Origin: an uncultured beta proteobacterium
GTDB lineage: Bacteria > Pseudomonadota > Gammaproteobacteria > Burkholderiales > Burkholderiaceae_C
Length of the DNA: 64,000 bases
Reading direction: 5' to 3'
Assembly (NCBI GenBank): GCA_963814435.1
Contig: CAWFCV010000016.1
Location: 62,689-126,688, forward strand
Shown: piece by piece, positions 48,862 through 57,900 of the stretch
Position numbering within the stretch: position 1 is the stretch's first letter
Layout: the number at the start of each line of letters is the position of its first letter
Program-made: the position numbers and the translations under genes
Notes under the pieces: generated by a model
Told to the model about the DNA's origin: nothing
Seen by the model: the letters and a program-made list of their open reading frames with translations, nothing else
Database searches by the model: none

Positions 48862-50997
48862 TCAGGCGCGCTTGCGGCGCCACACCGCGGCGATGGTGAT
48901 CAGCAACAGCACGGCCAGCGCCCAGGGCAGCGCGGGCTCCGGCGTGGTCGGCACCACGGCACCCAGCGTCGCCGTGGCCACTTCGCCGCCGACCGCCAGC
49001 GCCGAAACACCCTGTGGCAGCGGCAGCGGCTGGTTCACCGTGGTGGCCGCTTCGCGCGTGCGCACCACCTGGTCGACCGCGATGAAACTGGTGTACGACG
49101 TCAGCAACCCGTACTTCAGGCCGAGCGCGGTGATCGGTTCGCGCTGCGCCTGCCCGCCCACCAGTGCCTCGTCGTCGCCGAGCTGCGCGATGCGCTGGCG
49201 CGCCCACAGGTGGCGCAGCGCGGCCGCGTCGCCGGAAGGTGTCGGCGCCTCGACGATGTCGGCATGGTCACCGCTTGCGGCGCGGCCCTCCAGCACCAGC
49301 TTGGCGCCCTGAGCCTCGCCGCGCCATTTGCCCCACAACATCACCGGCCGGCCACCCAGCACGTCGGGCAGCGCGGCCGGCTCGACGTCGTAGACCTCCA
49401 GCCCATCGAAGTGCGCCTTCAGGTGGGTCAGCACCGGCGCGTCGATGATGCGGCGCAGCCGTTCGGCCTGCGCCGCGGCCTGCTCCGGCTTGGTGACGAC
49501 AAAGGCCTCGCCCTGGCCGGCGCGCGCCAGGCCTTCGATCAGGTGGCGGTTGACCGACGAGCCGATGCCGAAGGCGAACACGTTGGCCTGCGACAGGTTG
49601 CGCCGTACGAGCTGGAACACCTCGTTCTCGACGCTGACATAGCCGTCGGTGACGACGATCACGCTGCGCGACACGTCGGCCGGCTTGGGCAGCGCGGCGA
49701 CGCGGCGCAGCGCCGGCACGATCTCGGTGCTGCCGCCGCCGCCCATGCGGTCGATCGTCTGCAGCGCGCGGTCGATGTTGGCGCGCGTGGCCGGCACCGA
49801 GTGGTCCGATAGCATGCGGTTGCTGCCGGAGAACAGCATCACGTTGAAGGTGTCGCTCGGCCGCAAGCCGCCGATCAGCTCGCGCAGCAGCAGCTTGGCC
49901 GTCTGCAGCGGATAGCCGTGCATCGAGCCCGAGATGTCGACCACGAAGATGTAGTCGCGCGGATTGATCTGCGCCGGCGCGATCGCCTTCGGCGGCTCGA
50001 CCAGCGCGAGAAAGAAGTTCTCGGCGCCCGGCGCATCCGGCGCGCGGTACAGCATCAGCCCGGTGGCGGTGCGCTCACCCGCCAGGCGGTACTCGAGGAT
50101 GAAGTCGCGGTTGTCGCGGGCCTCGTCGTCGCTGAGGGCCAGCTGCACCGCGCGGCCGCCGAGGCCTTGGGCTTCCATCCGGTGCGACACCGAATGCACG
50201 TCGGTGATCGGCAGCGGCGCGTCGATGTGCACGTTCAGCTCGAAGCTGGCGCTCGAGGCCACGCCGGGCTTCAGGTGCGCGGTGGCCGACAGCGCGCCGT
50301 GGTCGGGCGACACGGCCGGCGAGCCGCCGGCCGCCGGGCCGTCCCAAGACCGGCGCTCCCCTTGGGGGACGGGCACCGCGGGTGCCCTGGGGGCGGACAC
50401 ATAGCGCGGGCCGACGACCGTGGGAAACACGAAGCGGTAGGCGCCGGAGTCGGGTGCCATGAGTTCGGTGTAGCGCAGCTCGACCCGCACGTCGTCACCG
50501 GGCAGGACGTTGGCCACGTTCATCGCGAACACGTTGGGCCGCTCCTGCTCGAGCAGCGCGGTGGTCTTGCCCTCGCGCCTGGCGCCTTCGTATTCGAGGC
50601 GTGCGCGCTGCTTCTCGCGGATCTGCGCGACGATCTGCCGCTCGCCCACGCGCACCGTCATCGCATGCACCGCCGCGCGGGTCGAGCCCGGAAAGACGTA
50701 TCGCGCCTCGATCGGGCGCTGGCCTTCGTTGCGGTACAACTGGGTCACCGTGACATCGGCGATCACGCCGGCGATGCGCACGTCGACGCTGGTGCCCTTC
50801 AACGGCAGCGCGTCCAGTGTGGGGTCGTCGCTCTTGACGTGGAAGTACGGGCTCTCGGCGGGTCGCGCCTCGGCGTCGTCGGCGTGCGCCGGCGACCAGG
50901 CGATCAGCAGCAGCGTCGCGAACACCGCGATCGCGACACAGACGGCCACGCGGCCGACGCTCGACAGCGGCCGCATGCCGGGGGCAATGATGCGCAT
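48862..50997 (-). CDS. Secreted VIT-domain plus von Willebrand factor A protein with a C-terminal PEP-CTERM-like sorting signal (putative exosortase cargo)
   Basis: 711 aa. Signal peptide, VIT region (LPLKGTSVDVRIAGVIADVTVTQLYRN..ARYVFP), vWA with MIDAS FVVDISGSM. C-terminus TTPEP-ALPWALAVLLLITIAAVW-RRKRA (PEP motif, TM helix, basic tail). Confidence 0.85.
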   Translation of the reverse strand: MRIIAPGMRPLSSVGRVAVCVAIAVFATLLLIAWSPAHADDAEARPAESPYFHVKSDDPTLDALPLKGTSVDVRIAGVIADVTVTQLYRNEGQRPIEARYVFPGSTRAAVHAMTVRVGERQIVAQIREKQRARLEYEGARREGKTTALLEQERPNVFAMNVANVLPGDDVRVELRYTELMAPDSGAYRFVFPTVVGPRYVSAPRAPAVPVPQGERRSWDGPAAGGSPAVSPDHGALSATAHLKPGVASSASFELNVHIDAPLPITDVHSVSHRMEAQGLGGRAVQLALSDDEARDNRDFILEYRLAGERTATGLMLYRAPDAPGAENFFLALVEPPKAIAPAQINPRDYIFVVDISGSMHGYPLQTAKLLLRELIGGLRPSDTFNVMLFSGSNRMLSDHSVPATRANIDRALQTIDRMGGGGSTEIVPALRRVAALPKPADVSRSVIVVTDGYVSVENEVFQLVRRNLSQANVFAFGIGSSVNRHLIEGLARAGQGEAFVVTKPEQAAAQAERLRRIIDAPVLTHLKAHFDGLEVYDVEPAALPDVLGGRPVMLWGKWRGEAQGAKLVLEGRAASGDHADIVEAPTPSGDAAALRHLWARQRIAQLGDDEALVGGQAQREPITALGLKYGLLTSYTSFIAVDQVVRTREAATTVNQPLPLPQGVSALAVGGEVATATLGAVVPTTPEPALPWALAVLLLITIAAVWRRKRA

Positions 50998-51232
50998 GAC
51001 AGGTTCTCCAGTTCGGTCGTCCGCCGCGCACGCCGTCGTGCGCCGGTCTGGCAGCCACTGTGCAGCGCTGCTGCGAAATCAATACGAAGCGCGCGGGCGC
51101 TGTGTGCGGGCCGCGTGAAGTCCGCGTGAATTCGAGCCGCCGACTTGACGCCGCAGCGAATCTCGCGCGACAGTTGGTGCCACGCCGATGAGCCCGCCCC
51201 GGCGCGTTGCGCGCCACGTTCCACCCGCCACG

Positions 51233-51550
51233 ATGAACTGTATTGCCGTGATCACCACGTTGGCCACCCGGGCGCAGGCCCAGGCGCTGGCGCGCGCGCT
51301 GGTGGAGCGCAGGCTGGCCGCCTGCGCGCAAGTTTCGGAGATCGAGAGTTTCTACACCTGGAACGACACCGTCGTGCACGAGCCGGAATTCCGGCTGCTG
51401 TTCAAGACGGTGGCCGAGCGCTACCCGGCGCTCGAGGCCGCGATCCGCGAGCACCACGGCTACGAACTGCCGGCGATCCACGCGATCGCGCTCGAGCCGG
51501 TTTTCGCACCCTATGCTCAGTGGATCGCCGACAACTCCTCGGGGTCGTAG
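51233..51550 (+). CDS. cutA: Divalent-cation tolerance protein CutA
   Basis: ATG 51233 in ORF 51188..51550. VITTLATRAQAQALARALVERRLAACAQV..IESFYTWND, typical CutA1. Confidence 0.85.
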   Translation: MNCIAVITTLATRAQAQALARALVERRLAACAQVSEIESFYTWNDTVVHEPEFRLLFKTVAERYPALEAAIREHHGYELPAIHAIALEPVFAPYAQWIADNSSGS

Positions 51551-51749
51551 GCGCATCGGCGGCGTTGATGACCCGCGTGACCGGATTTGGCGGCATCCGC
51601 CGGTGACTTCGCCGCCACGCAGGCGTTGGCCGCGGCGCTCGGCGCGCCCGAATCGCCTCGCTGCGGTTGTCACGGCGTGGTTGCGGACGCGCCAGGTCCA
51701 CGCGACGAGAATGTGGACAACGCTGTTCAGAGGCACAGGGCGTTTCACC

Positions 51750-52235
51750 ATGTCCACCATCGAATCCCGACTCGCGACGCTCGGCCTCGTGTTGCCCGCC
51801 GCGCTCAAGCCGCCCGGCGGCGCCGTGCTGCCGTTCGAGATGGTGCGCGTGTGCGGCAGCCGCGCCTTCGTCTCCGGACATGGCCCGTTGAACGTCGACG
51901 GCACGTTGGCCGAGCCGCGCGGCAAGGTCGGCCGCGACGTGACGCTCGAGCAGGCGCACGCCGCCGCTCGGCTCACCGGCCTGGCCATCCTGGCCAGCCT
52001 GCAACGCAGGCTCGGCGAGCTGGATCGCGTGCGCCAGTGGTGTCGCGTGTTCGGCATGGTGAACTCGGCGCCGGGCTTCAACCGGCAGCCGGCGGTGATC
52101 AATGGATTCTCCGAACTGATCCTGCAGCTGTACGGGCCCGAGCGGGGCGCACACGCGCGCAGCGCGGTGGGCATGGCCGAACTGCCGTTCGACATCCCGG
52201 TCGAGATCGAAGCCGAGGTCGAGCTCGCCGACTGA
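51750..52235 (+). CDS. RidA/YjgF-family (Rid) protein
   Basis: ATG 51750 in ORF 51513..52235, 161 aa. LVLPAALKPPGGAVLPFEMVRVCGSRAFVSGHGP ... ARSAVGMAELPFDIPVEIEAEV. Confidence 0.8.
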   Translation: MSTIESRLATLGLVLPAALKPPGGAVLPFEMVRVCGSRAFVSGHGPLNVDGTLAEPRGKVGRDVTLEQAHAAARLTGLAILASLQRRLGELDRVRQWCRVFGMVNSAPGFNRQPAVINGFSELILQLYGPERGAHARSAVGMAELPFDIPVEIEAEVELAD

Positions 52236-52266
52236 CGTTGCTCGGCGCGCCAACCTCGGACCCTCC

Positions 52267-53001
52267 ATGCCACACCGCGTCTCGATCGGACTCGTCGGCG
52301 ACCACGACCCGGGCGTGACCGCGCACCGCGCGATCCCGCTGGCGCTGCGGGCCTGCGGTGCGTCGCTGGGCACCGAGGTGGCGCCGACCTGGTTGCCGAC
52401 CGATGCGATCCAAGCGACGGCTGCCTGCGAGAGTTTCGACGGCCTGTGGTGCGTTCCGGCGAGTCCCTACCGCAGCATGGCCGGCGCGCTACTGGCCATT
52501 CGCCACGCGCGCGAGCAGCGGGTGCCGTTTCTGGGCACCTGTGGCGGCTTCCAGCATGTGGTGCTCGAGTACGCGCGCCACGTGCTGGGCTGGGCCGATG
52601 CCGAGCACGCCGAGACGGCGCCCGACGCGGCGCGCGCGGTCGTCGCGCCGCTGGCCTGTTCGCTGGTGGAGGTGAGCGACGCGGTGCACCTGCTGCCCGG
52701 CACCCGCATCGCCGCCGCCTACGGTGCCAGCCAGGCGCGCGAGGGCTACCACTGCCGCTACGGCATCAACCCGGACTTTCGCGGGGCGCTGATGGGCGGC
52801 GCGCTGCACGTGTCGGCGCTCGATTCAGCCGGCGACGTGCGCGCCGTGGAGATCGACGGCCACCCGTTCTTCGTCGCCACCTTGTTCCAGCCGGAACGCG
52901 CCGCGCTGCAAGGACAGGTGCCGCCGCTGGTGCGGGCGTTCGTGCAGGTCTGTGCCGAGCGGGCGCGCCCGAGCCGAGCATGCGGGGCAAGCATCCGATG
53001 A
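52267..53001 (+). CDS. Class I glutamine amidotransferase-like protein related to the CTP synthase C-terminal domain
   Basis: 244 aa. VPFLGTCGGFQHVVLEYARHV nucleophile-elbow Cys, HPFFVATLFQPE. Confidence 0.72.
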   Translation: MPHRVSIGLVGDHDPGVTAHRAIPLALRACGASLGTEVAPTWLPTDAIQATAACESFDGLWCVPASPYRSMAGALLAIRHAREQRVPFLGTCGGFQHVVLEYARHVLGWADAEHAETAPDAARAVVAPLACSLVEVSDAVHLLPGTRIAAAYGASQAREGYHCRYGINPDFRGALMGGALHVSALDSAGDVRAVEIDGHPFFVATLFQPERAALQGQVPPLVRAFVQVCAERARPSRACGASIR

Positions 53002-53798
53002 GCGCCAGAGTCTGCCGAAAGTCGCGAGCACTGCTGCGGGCGCTCACGCTCGCCGCCGTATGCGTGTGCTTGCCGCCGGCCCGGGCGGCCGACGCATTGA
53101 TCGCCATTCCCACTCGACCTGACGTGACGGTGTCGTACTGGTACATGCCGCGCGAGGGCGCCACCGCCACGCTGTTGCTGTTGCCGGGCGGCGCGGGCGG
53201 GCTGGGTCTGCGCGACGGTCAGCCACAGTCGGGCAACTTTCTGCTGCGCAGCCGGGAGCTGTTCGCGGCGCAGGGCTTCAACGTGGCCGCAGTCGGACGT
53301 CCGAGCGACGTGGCGGACCTCGACACCGGGTTTCGGGCCAGCGCGGCGCACGTGGAAGACCTGAAACGCGTGGTCGACGACCTGCGCACCCGCTCGACGC
53401 TGCCGATCTGGCTGGTGGGCACCAGCCGCGGCACGGTGTCGGCCACGGCCGCGGCCATCGCGCTCGGCCCCGAACGGCTGGCCGGCATCGTGCTCGCGTC
53501 GAGCGTCACCGCCTACAAGTTGCGCGGTGCCGTCCCGACCCAGGCGCTGGAGGCGATCCGCCTGCCGGTGCTGGTGCTGCACCATGAAAAGGACGCCTGC
53601 TGGTCGTGCGCGCCGCACGAGGTGCCGCTGATTCTCAAGGGCCTCACGAAGGCGCCGGTGAAGAAGTTGCTGTGGGCTCGCGAGGGCGGCTCACCACGCG
53701 GCGATCCGTGCGAGGCCTTCCACTGGCATGGCTTCATCGGCATGGAGGCGCAGGCGGTCGAATCGATCGCGCGCTGGGTGCGCGATCCCGCGCCGTGA
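52998..53798 (+). CDS. Secreted alpha/beta-hydrolase-fold protein
   Basis: ATG 52998 (overlaps the upstream stop) in ORF 52446..53798. Signal LTLAAVCVCLPPARA, nucleophile elbow GTSRG, VLVLHHEKD. Confidence 0.62.
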   Translation: MSARVCRKSRALLRALTLAAVCVCLPPARAADALIAIPTRPDVTVSYWYMPREGATATLLLLPGGAGGLGLRDGQPQSGNFLLRSRELFAAQGFNVAAVGRPSDVADLDTGFRASAAHVEDLKRVVDDLRTRSTLPIWLVGTSRGTVSATAAAIALGPERLAGIVLASSVTAYKLRGAVPTQALEAIRLPVLVLHHEKDACWSCAPHEVPLILKGLTKAPVKKLLWAREGGSPRGDPCEAFHWHGFIGMEAQAVESIARWVRDPAP

Positions 53799-53848
53799 CA
53801 TGAGCGACCGAGCACAAGATCGGCCGCCCGCGCCGCCTCTGGCCAGGA

Positions 53849-54724
53849 GTGGGCGTGATGACTGACTGGCCCGCCGTCCGTGCTGCGCGCGATCACGATG
53901 CGGCGGCACGCATCGGATGGTTCGTGGCTGCGGCAGCCGGCGACATCGAGCTCGGATCGGTGGCGCGTGCACATGTGCAGGCGTTGCGCCGCTGGTCGCG
54001 CTGGCTGCAGTTCGAACCGCAGCGCATCAGGCTGGTGGCGCCGCGCGAAGCCTGGTCCGAGGTCTTTGCACAGATGAATGCCGCGCTGCGCGCCGACGGC
54101 CTGATCCGCGCCTGGCGCGACGAGCCGTTCACGCTGTACAGCACCGCGGGCCAGGATCTCGGCGTGGCGATCGAGCGCGCGGCGGCGCGCTTCTGGGGCA
54201 CCCTGACGCTGGGCGCGCACTGCAACGGCTTCGTGGCCGACGCCACCGGCACGCCCCGGCAGCTGTGGATCGCGCGCCGCTCGCCCACCAAGGCCACCGA
54301 CCCCGGCAAGCTCGACAACCTGATCGGCGGGGGCGTGGCGGCGGGTCAGACGCCGCGGGACGCCGTGGTGCGCGAGGGCTGGGAGGAGGCGGGCCTGACG
54401 CCGGCCCAGATGACCGGGCTGCAGCCCGGCGGCATCGTGCGCCTGCTGCGCGACATTCCGGAAGGCCTGCAGCGCGAGTGGATCCATGTCTTCGACCTGG
54501 CGCTGCCGGTCGACACCACGCCGCGCAACCAGGATGGCGAGGTGGCGGCGCTGGAGCTGCGCGCCTGCCCGGATGCGTTGGCGCTGGCCGCGGGCCTCGA
54601 GATGACGGTCGACGCGGCGCTGGTGACGCTCGACTTCGCGCTGCGCCGACGCCTGTTGCCCCCCGCGCAGCACACCGCGCTGGCGGCCGCCTGCGCCCCC
54701 TGGTGGACGAGCCGCGTGCCATGA
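53849..54724 (+). CDS. Nudix hydrolase with an N-terminal DUF4743-like extension
   Basis: 291 aa. Nudix box GGGVAAGQTPRDAVVREGWEEAGL. The start could be ATG 53858. Confidence 0.72.
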   Translation: MGVMTDWPAVRAARDHDAAARIGWFVAAAAGDIELGSVARAHVQALRRWSRWLQFEPQRIRLVAPREAWSEVFAQMNAALRADGLIRAWRDEPFTLYSTAGQDLGVAIERAAARFWGTLTLGAHCNGFVADATGTPRQLWIARRSPTKATDPGKLDNLIGGGVAAGQTPRDAVVREGWEEAGLTPAQMTGLQPGGIVRLLRDIPEGLQREWIHVFDLALPVDTTPRNQDGEVAALELRACPDALALAAGLEMTVDAALVTLDFALRRRLLPPAQHTALAAACAPWWTSRVP

Positions 54725-55272
54725 GCCCGCCCGGGGCTGGATCCGCAGCGCGCTACAGCGGCACCGCCATCGTGCTGCACTGGCTGCTGGCGGCGGCGAT
54801 CATCGTCAACCTGAGCCTGGGGGTGTACATGCACGAACTGCCGATCTCGCCATTGCAGCTGAAGCTCTTCAGCTGGCACAAATCGGCAGGCATCACGATC
54901 CTCGCGCTGTCGGCGCTGCGCCTGCTGTGGCGGCTTGCGCATGCGCCGCCGCCCGATGTGTCGATGCCGGCCTGGCAGCTGCGCGTGGCGCACGCGGTGC
55001 ACCGGGCGCTGTACCTGTTGTTCTTTGCCGTGCCGCTGGCCGGCTGGGGCTACAGTTCGGCGGCCGGTTTTCCCGTCGTGCTGTTCGGCGTGCTGGCGCT
55101 GCCCGACTGGGTGCCGGCGGGCGAGGAGCTGGCCGAGACGTTCAAGGCCTGGCACAAGGCGCTGGCGCTCGCCCTCGGCGCACTGGTGCTGCTGCACATC
55201 GCCGCCGCGCTGAAACATCAATACGTCGATCGTGACGGTCTGTTGCACCGCATGGGGCCGATGCGGCGTTGA
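54721..55272 (+). CDS. Cytochrome b561 family protein
   Basis: ATG 54721 (ATGA overlap) in ORF 53917..55272, 183 aa. YSGTAIVLHWLLAAAI, SWHKSAGI, HRALY and LLHIAAALKH heme-ligand His pattern. Confidence 0.85.
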   Translation: MSPPGAGSAARYSGTAIVLHWLLAAAIIVNLSLGVYMHELPISPLQLKLFSWHKSAGITILALSALRLLWRLAHAPPPDVSMPAWQLRVAHAVHRALYLLFFAVPLAGWGYSSAAGFPVVLFGVLALPDWVPAGEELAETFKAWHKALALALGALVLLHIAAALKHQYVDRDGLLHRMGPMRR

Positions 55273-55307
55273 ACTCGGCATCGCTCGACTGCATCGGAGT
55301 CCTTGTC

Positions 55308-55874
55308 ATGAAACCGCCGTGCCGACGATGGCGCCTGGCCGTGCTGTGCATCGCGCTGTCGCCAGCCGCGCCGGCTCAGAGCGTCGACCCCTCCCACAGC
55401 GAACTGGTCTTCGTGACGCGCATGATGGGCGTGCCGGTGCAGGGGCGATTCACCCGCTGGGACGCCACGCTGCAGTTCGACCCGCGGCACGCGCAGGCCG
55501 GCCGCGTGGCGCTGCGCATCGACATCGCCAGCGCCACCTTCGTGGCCAGCGAGGTCAGCGCCGAGGCCCGGCGCGCGGTCTGGTTCGACGCGGCGCAGTT
55601 TCCACAGGCGGCCTTCGAGTCGGCGGCGATCAAACCGCTGGGTGGCGGCCGCTTCGAGATGTCGGGCCGCCTGACGCTGAAGGGGCGCGAGCGCGACCTC
55701 GTGATCCCCGTCGATCTGGCGCAGACCGGCAGCACCGGGCGGGCCAGCGGCAGCTTCACGCTGCGGCGGCTCGACTTCGGTATCGGCACCGGCGAATGGG
55801 CCGATGCGAGCCTCGTGGACCAAGAGGTTCAAGTGCGGTTCCAGATCGCGCTGACCGGACTCGGTGCACCATGA
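55308..55874 (+). CDS. YceI-family protein
   Basis: MKPPCRRWRLAVLCIALSPAAPAQ signal in ORF 55269..55874. SELVFVTRMMGVPVQGRFTRW, GRLTLKGRERDLVIPV. Confidence 0.85.
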   Translation: MKPPCRRWRLAVLCIALSPAAPAQSVDPSHSELVFVTRMMGVPVQGRFTRWDATLQFDPRHAQAGRVALRIDIASATFVASEVSAEARRAVWFDAAQFPQAAFESAAIKPLGGGRFEMSGRLTLKGRERDLVIPVDLAQTGSTGRASGSFTLRRLDFGIGTGEWADASLVDQEVQVRFQIALTGLGAP

Positions 55875-56455
55875 GCCTTCGCCATAGGCTCGCGCTCTGT
55901 GCGCTGGCGCTGTCGGCGGCGGGCGCCGGCGCCGAGCCGGTGCGCTACCGGTTCGACCCGACGCACACCGTGGTGCACTTCGAACTGCTGCACTTCGGCA
56001 CCTCGACGATCCGCGGCCGCTTCGCGCCGCTGAGCGGCGAGGTGACGCTGGACCGTGCGCAACACCAAGGCAGGGTGCAGGTGGAAATCGACACCTCGAC
56101 CGCCAGCACCGGCGTGGCCGTGCTCGACGCGCGCCTGAAGGAGCCTGACATGCTGGCGGTGCAGGCGTACCCGCGCGCCTACCTGGTGGCCGAGCGCTTC
56201 GAGTTCGACGCCGCCGGGCGCGTGAAATCGCTGCGCGGCGAGTTCACGTTGCGCGGCGCGAGCCTGGCGCTTGAGCTGCGCGCGCTGCGTTTCAACTGCT
56301 ACACCAGCCCGTTGCTGCGGGTGGAGGTGTGTGGTGGCGACTTCGAAGGCAGCTTCTCGCGCGGCGCGGCCGGCATCACCCACAGCCTGCCGTTCGTGTC
56401 CGACACGGTGCGCCTGCTGGTGCAGGTGGAGGCCATTCGCGACGACGCGCGCTGA
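55871..56455 (+). CDS. YceI-family protein (second paralogue)
   Basis: ATG 55871 (ATGA overlap) in ORF 55232..56455. Signal MSLRHRLALCALALSAAGAGA, YRFDPTHTVVHFELLHFGTSTIRGRF. Confidence 0.8.
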   Translation: MSLRHRLALCALALSAAGAGAEPVRYRFDPTHTVVHFELLHFGTSTIRGRFAPLSGEVTLDRAQHQGRVQVEIDTSTASTGVAVLDARLKEPDMLAVQAYPRAYLVAERFEFDAAGRVKSLRGEFTLRGASLALELRALRFNCYTSPLLRVEVCGGDFEGSFSRGAAGITHSLPFVSDTVRLLVQVEAIRDDAR

Positions 56456-56672
56456 GGCCCTCGCGCGGAAGGTTCCAACGCCCCGCCACGTACGCCACGG
56501 TCGGCCGGTTGCCACCCATTGCCGACACTTTGGTGAACACTGTTTTTCAGCGGGTAAGACCCAGTAGCGTCAGCGCGGCGCGAATCCGATAGTTCCCGAG
56601 CAGGCGCGCTGCTCGCATGGGGTGGCGTGCCCGAAATCCCCGAGCCCACGATACCGACGAAGGAGACTCCTG

Positions 56673-57827
56673 ATGACCCAGCCGTCCAAGCCGAAGACCC
56701 CCGCGACCCGTCGCCGCTTTTTGAGCCAGGCCGCCAGCGGCGTGGTGGCAACCGGCGCGTTGGCCGCGCCCATGTTGGCCAAGTCGCAAGGTGCGACCAG
56801 CATGCGCTGGCAGAGCACCTGGCCGTCGAAAGACATCTTCCACGAGTACGCGCTCGATTTCGCCAAGAAGGTCAACGACATGACCGGCGGCGAACTCAAG
56901 ATCGAGGTGCTGCCTGCGGGCTCGGTCGTCCCGGCCTTCGGTCTGCTCGAGGCGGTCTCCAAGGGCACGCTCGACGGCGGCCACGGCGTGCTGGGCTACC
57001 ACTATGGCAAGCAGAATGCGCTGGCGCTGTGGAACTCGGGGCCGGCCTTCGGCATGGACGCCAACATGCTGCTGGCCTGGCACAAGTACGGCGGCGGCAA
57101 GGAACTGCTGTCCAAGCTGTACGCCTCGATCGGCATCACGACGGTGCAGTCGTTCCTCTACGGCCCGATGGCCACGCAGCCGCTGGGCTGGTTCAAGAAA
57201 CCCGTCACCAAGCCGGAAGACTTCAAGGGCCTGAAGTTCCGCACCAACGGCCTGGCGATCGACCTGTTCACTGCGATGGGCGCGGCCGTCAACGCGTTGC
57301 CTGGCGGCGAGATCGTGCCGGCCATGGACCGCGGCCTGCTCGACGCGGCCGAGTTCAACAACGCCACCTCCGACCGGCTGCTCGGCTTTCCTGATGTGTC
57401 CAAGATCTGCATGCTGCAGAGCTACCACCAGAGCGCCGAGACCTTCGAAATCATGTTCAACAAGCCCAAGTACGACGCTCTGCCCGAGAAGATCCGCGCC
57501 ATCATCGCGGGCGCGGTCGAGGCCGCCTCGGCCGACATGTCGTGGAAGGCGATCGATCGCTATTCGAAGGACTACATCGAGCTGCAGACCAAGGACAAGG
57601 TCAAGTTCTACAAGACCCCCGATTCGGTGCTGCAGGTGCAGCTCAAGCTGTGGAGCGAGATCGTCGAGAAGAAGTCGGCCGAGAACCCGCTGTTCAAGGA
57701 AATCGTCGAATCACAGAAGGCCTTTGCCGAGCGTGCTGTCAAGTGGGACCAGGACACCTATGTCAGCCGCCGCATGGCGGTGAATCACTTCTTCGGTGCC
57801 AAGCCGGCCGAGACCAAGAAGGGTTGA
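56673..57827 (+). CDS. TRAP transporter substrate-binding protein (DctP type, COG4663-like) with a twin-arginine signal
   Basis: ATG 56673 preceded by aaggag. TRRRFLSQAASGVVATGALAAPMLA Tat motif. MRWQSTWPSKDIFHEYALDFAKKVNDMTGGELKIEVLPAG. Confidence 0.9.
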   Translation: MTQPSKPKTPATRRRFLSQAASGVVATGALAAPMLAKSQGATSMRWQSTWPSKDIFHEYALDFAKKVNDMTGGELKIEVLPAGSVVPAFGLLEAVSKGTLDGGHGVLGYHYGKQNALALWNSGPAFGMDANMLLAWHKYGGGKELLSKLYASIGITTVQSFLYGPMATQPLGWFKKPVTKPEDFKGLKFRTNGLAIDLFTAMGAAVNALPGGEIVPAMDRGLLDAAEFNNATSDRLLGFPDVSKICMLQSYHQSAETFEIMFNKPKYDALPEKIRAIIAGAVEAASADMSWKAIDRYSKDYIELQTKDKVKFYKTPDSVLQVQLKLWSEIVEKKSAENPLFKEIVESQKAFAERAVKWDQDTYVSRRMAVNHFFGAKPAETKKG

Positions 57828-57847
57828 GGGTCGTTTTCGCCATTCGT

Positions 57848-57887
57848 CAGCCACCCGGGCCGCCCGTCCGGGTGGCTGATTTGCTTT
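57848..57887 (+). terminator. Intra-operon hairpin (attenuator or mRNA stabiliser) after the TRAP binding-protein gene
   Basis: cagccacccgg-gccgcccgt-ccgggtggctg followed by atttgcttt, 20 nt after the stop at 57827. Confidence 0.45.
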
Positions 57888-57900
57888 GAGCAGGCGCACC

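Noticed and set aside
52267-53001. Possible selenoprotein version of the CTP-synthase-C-terminal-related amidotransferase
   Set aside because: The nucleophile position is an ordinary Cys codon (GTCGGFQ) and the ORF has no in-frame TGA.
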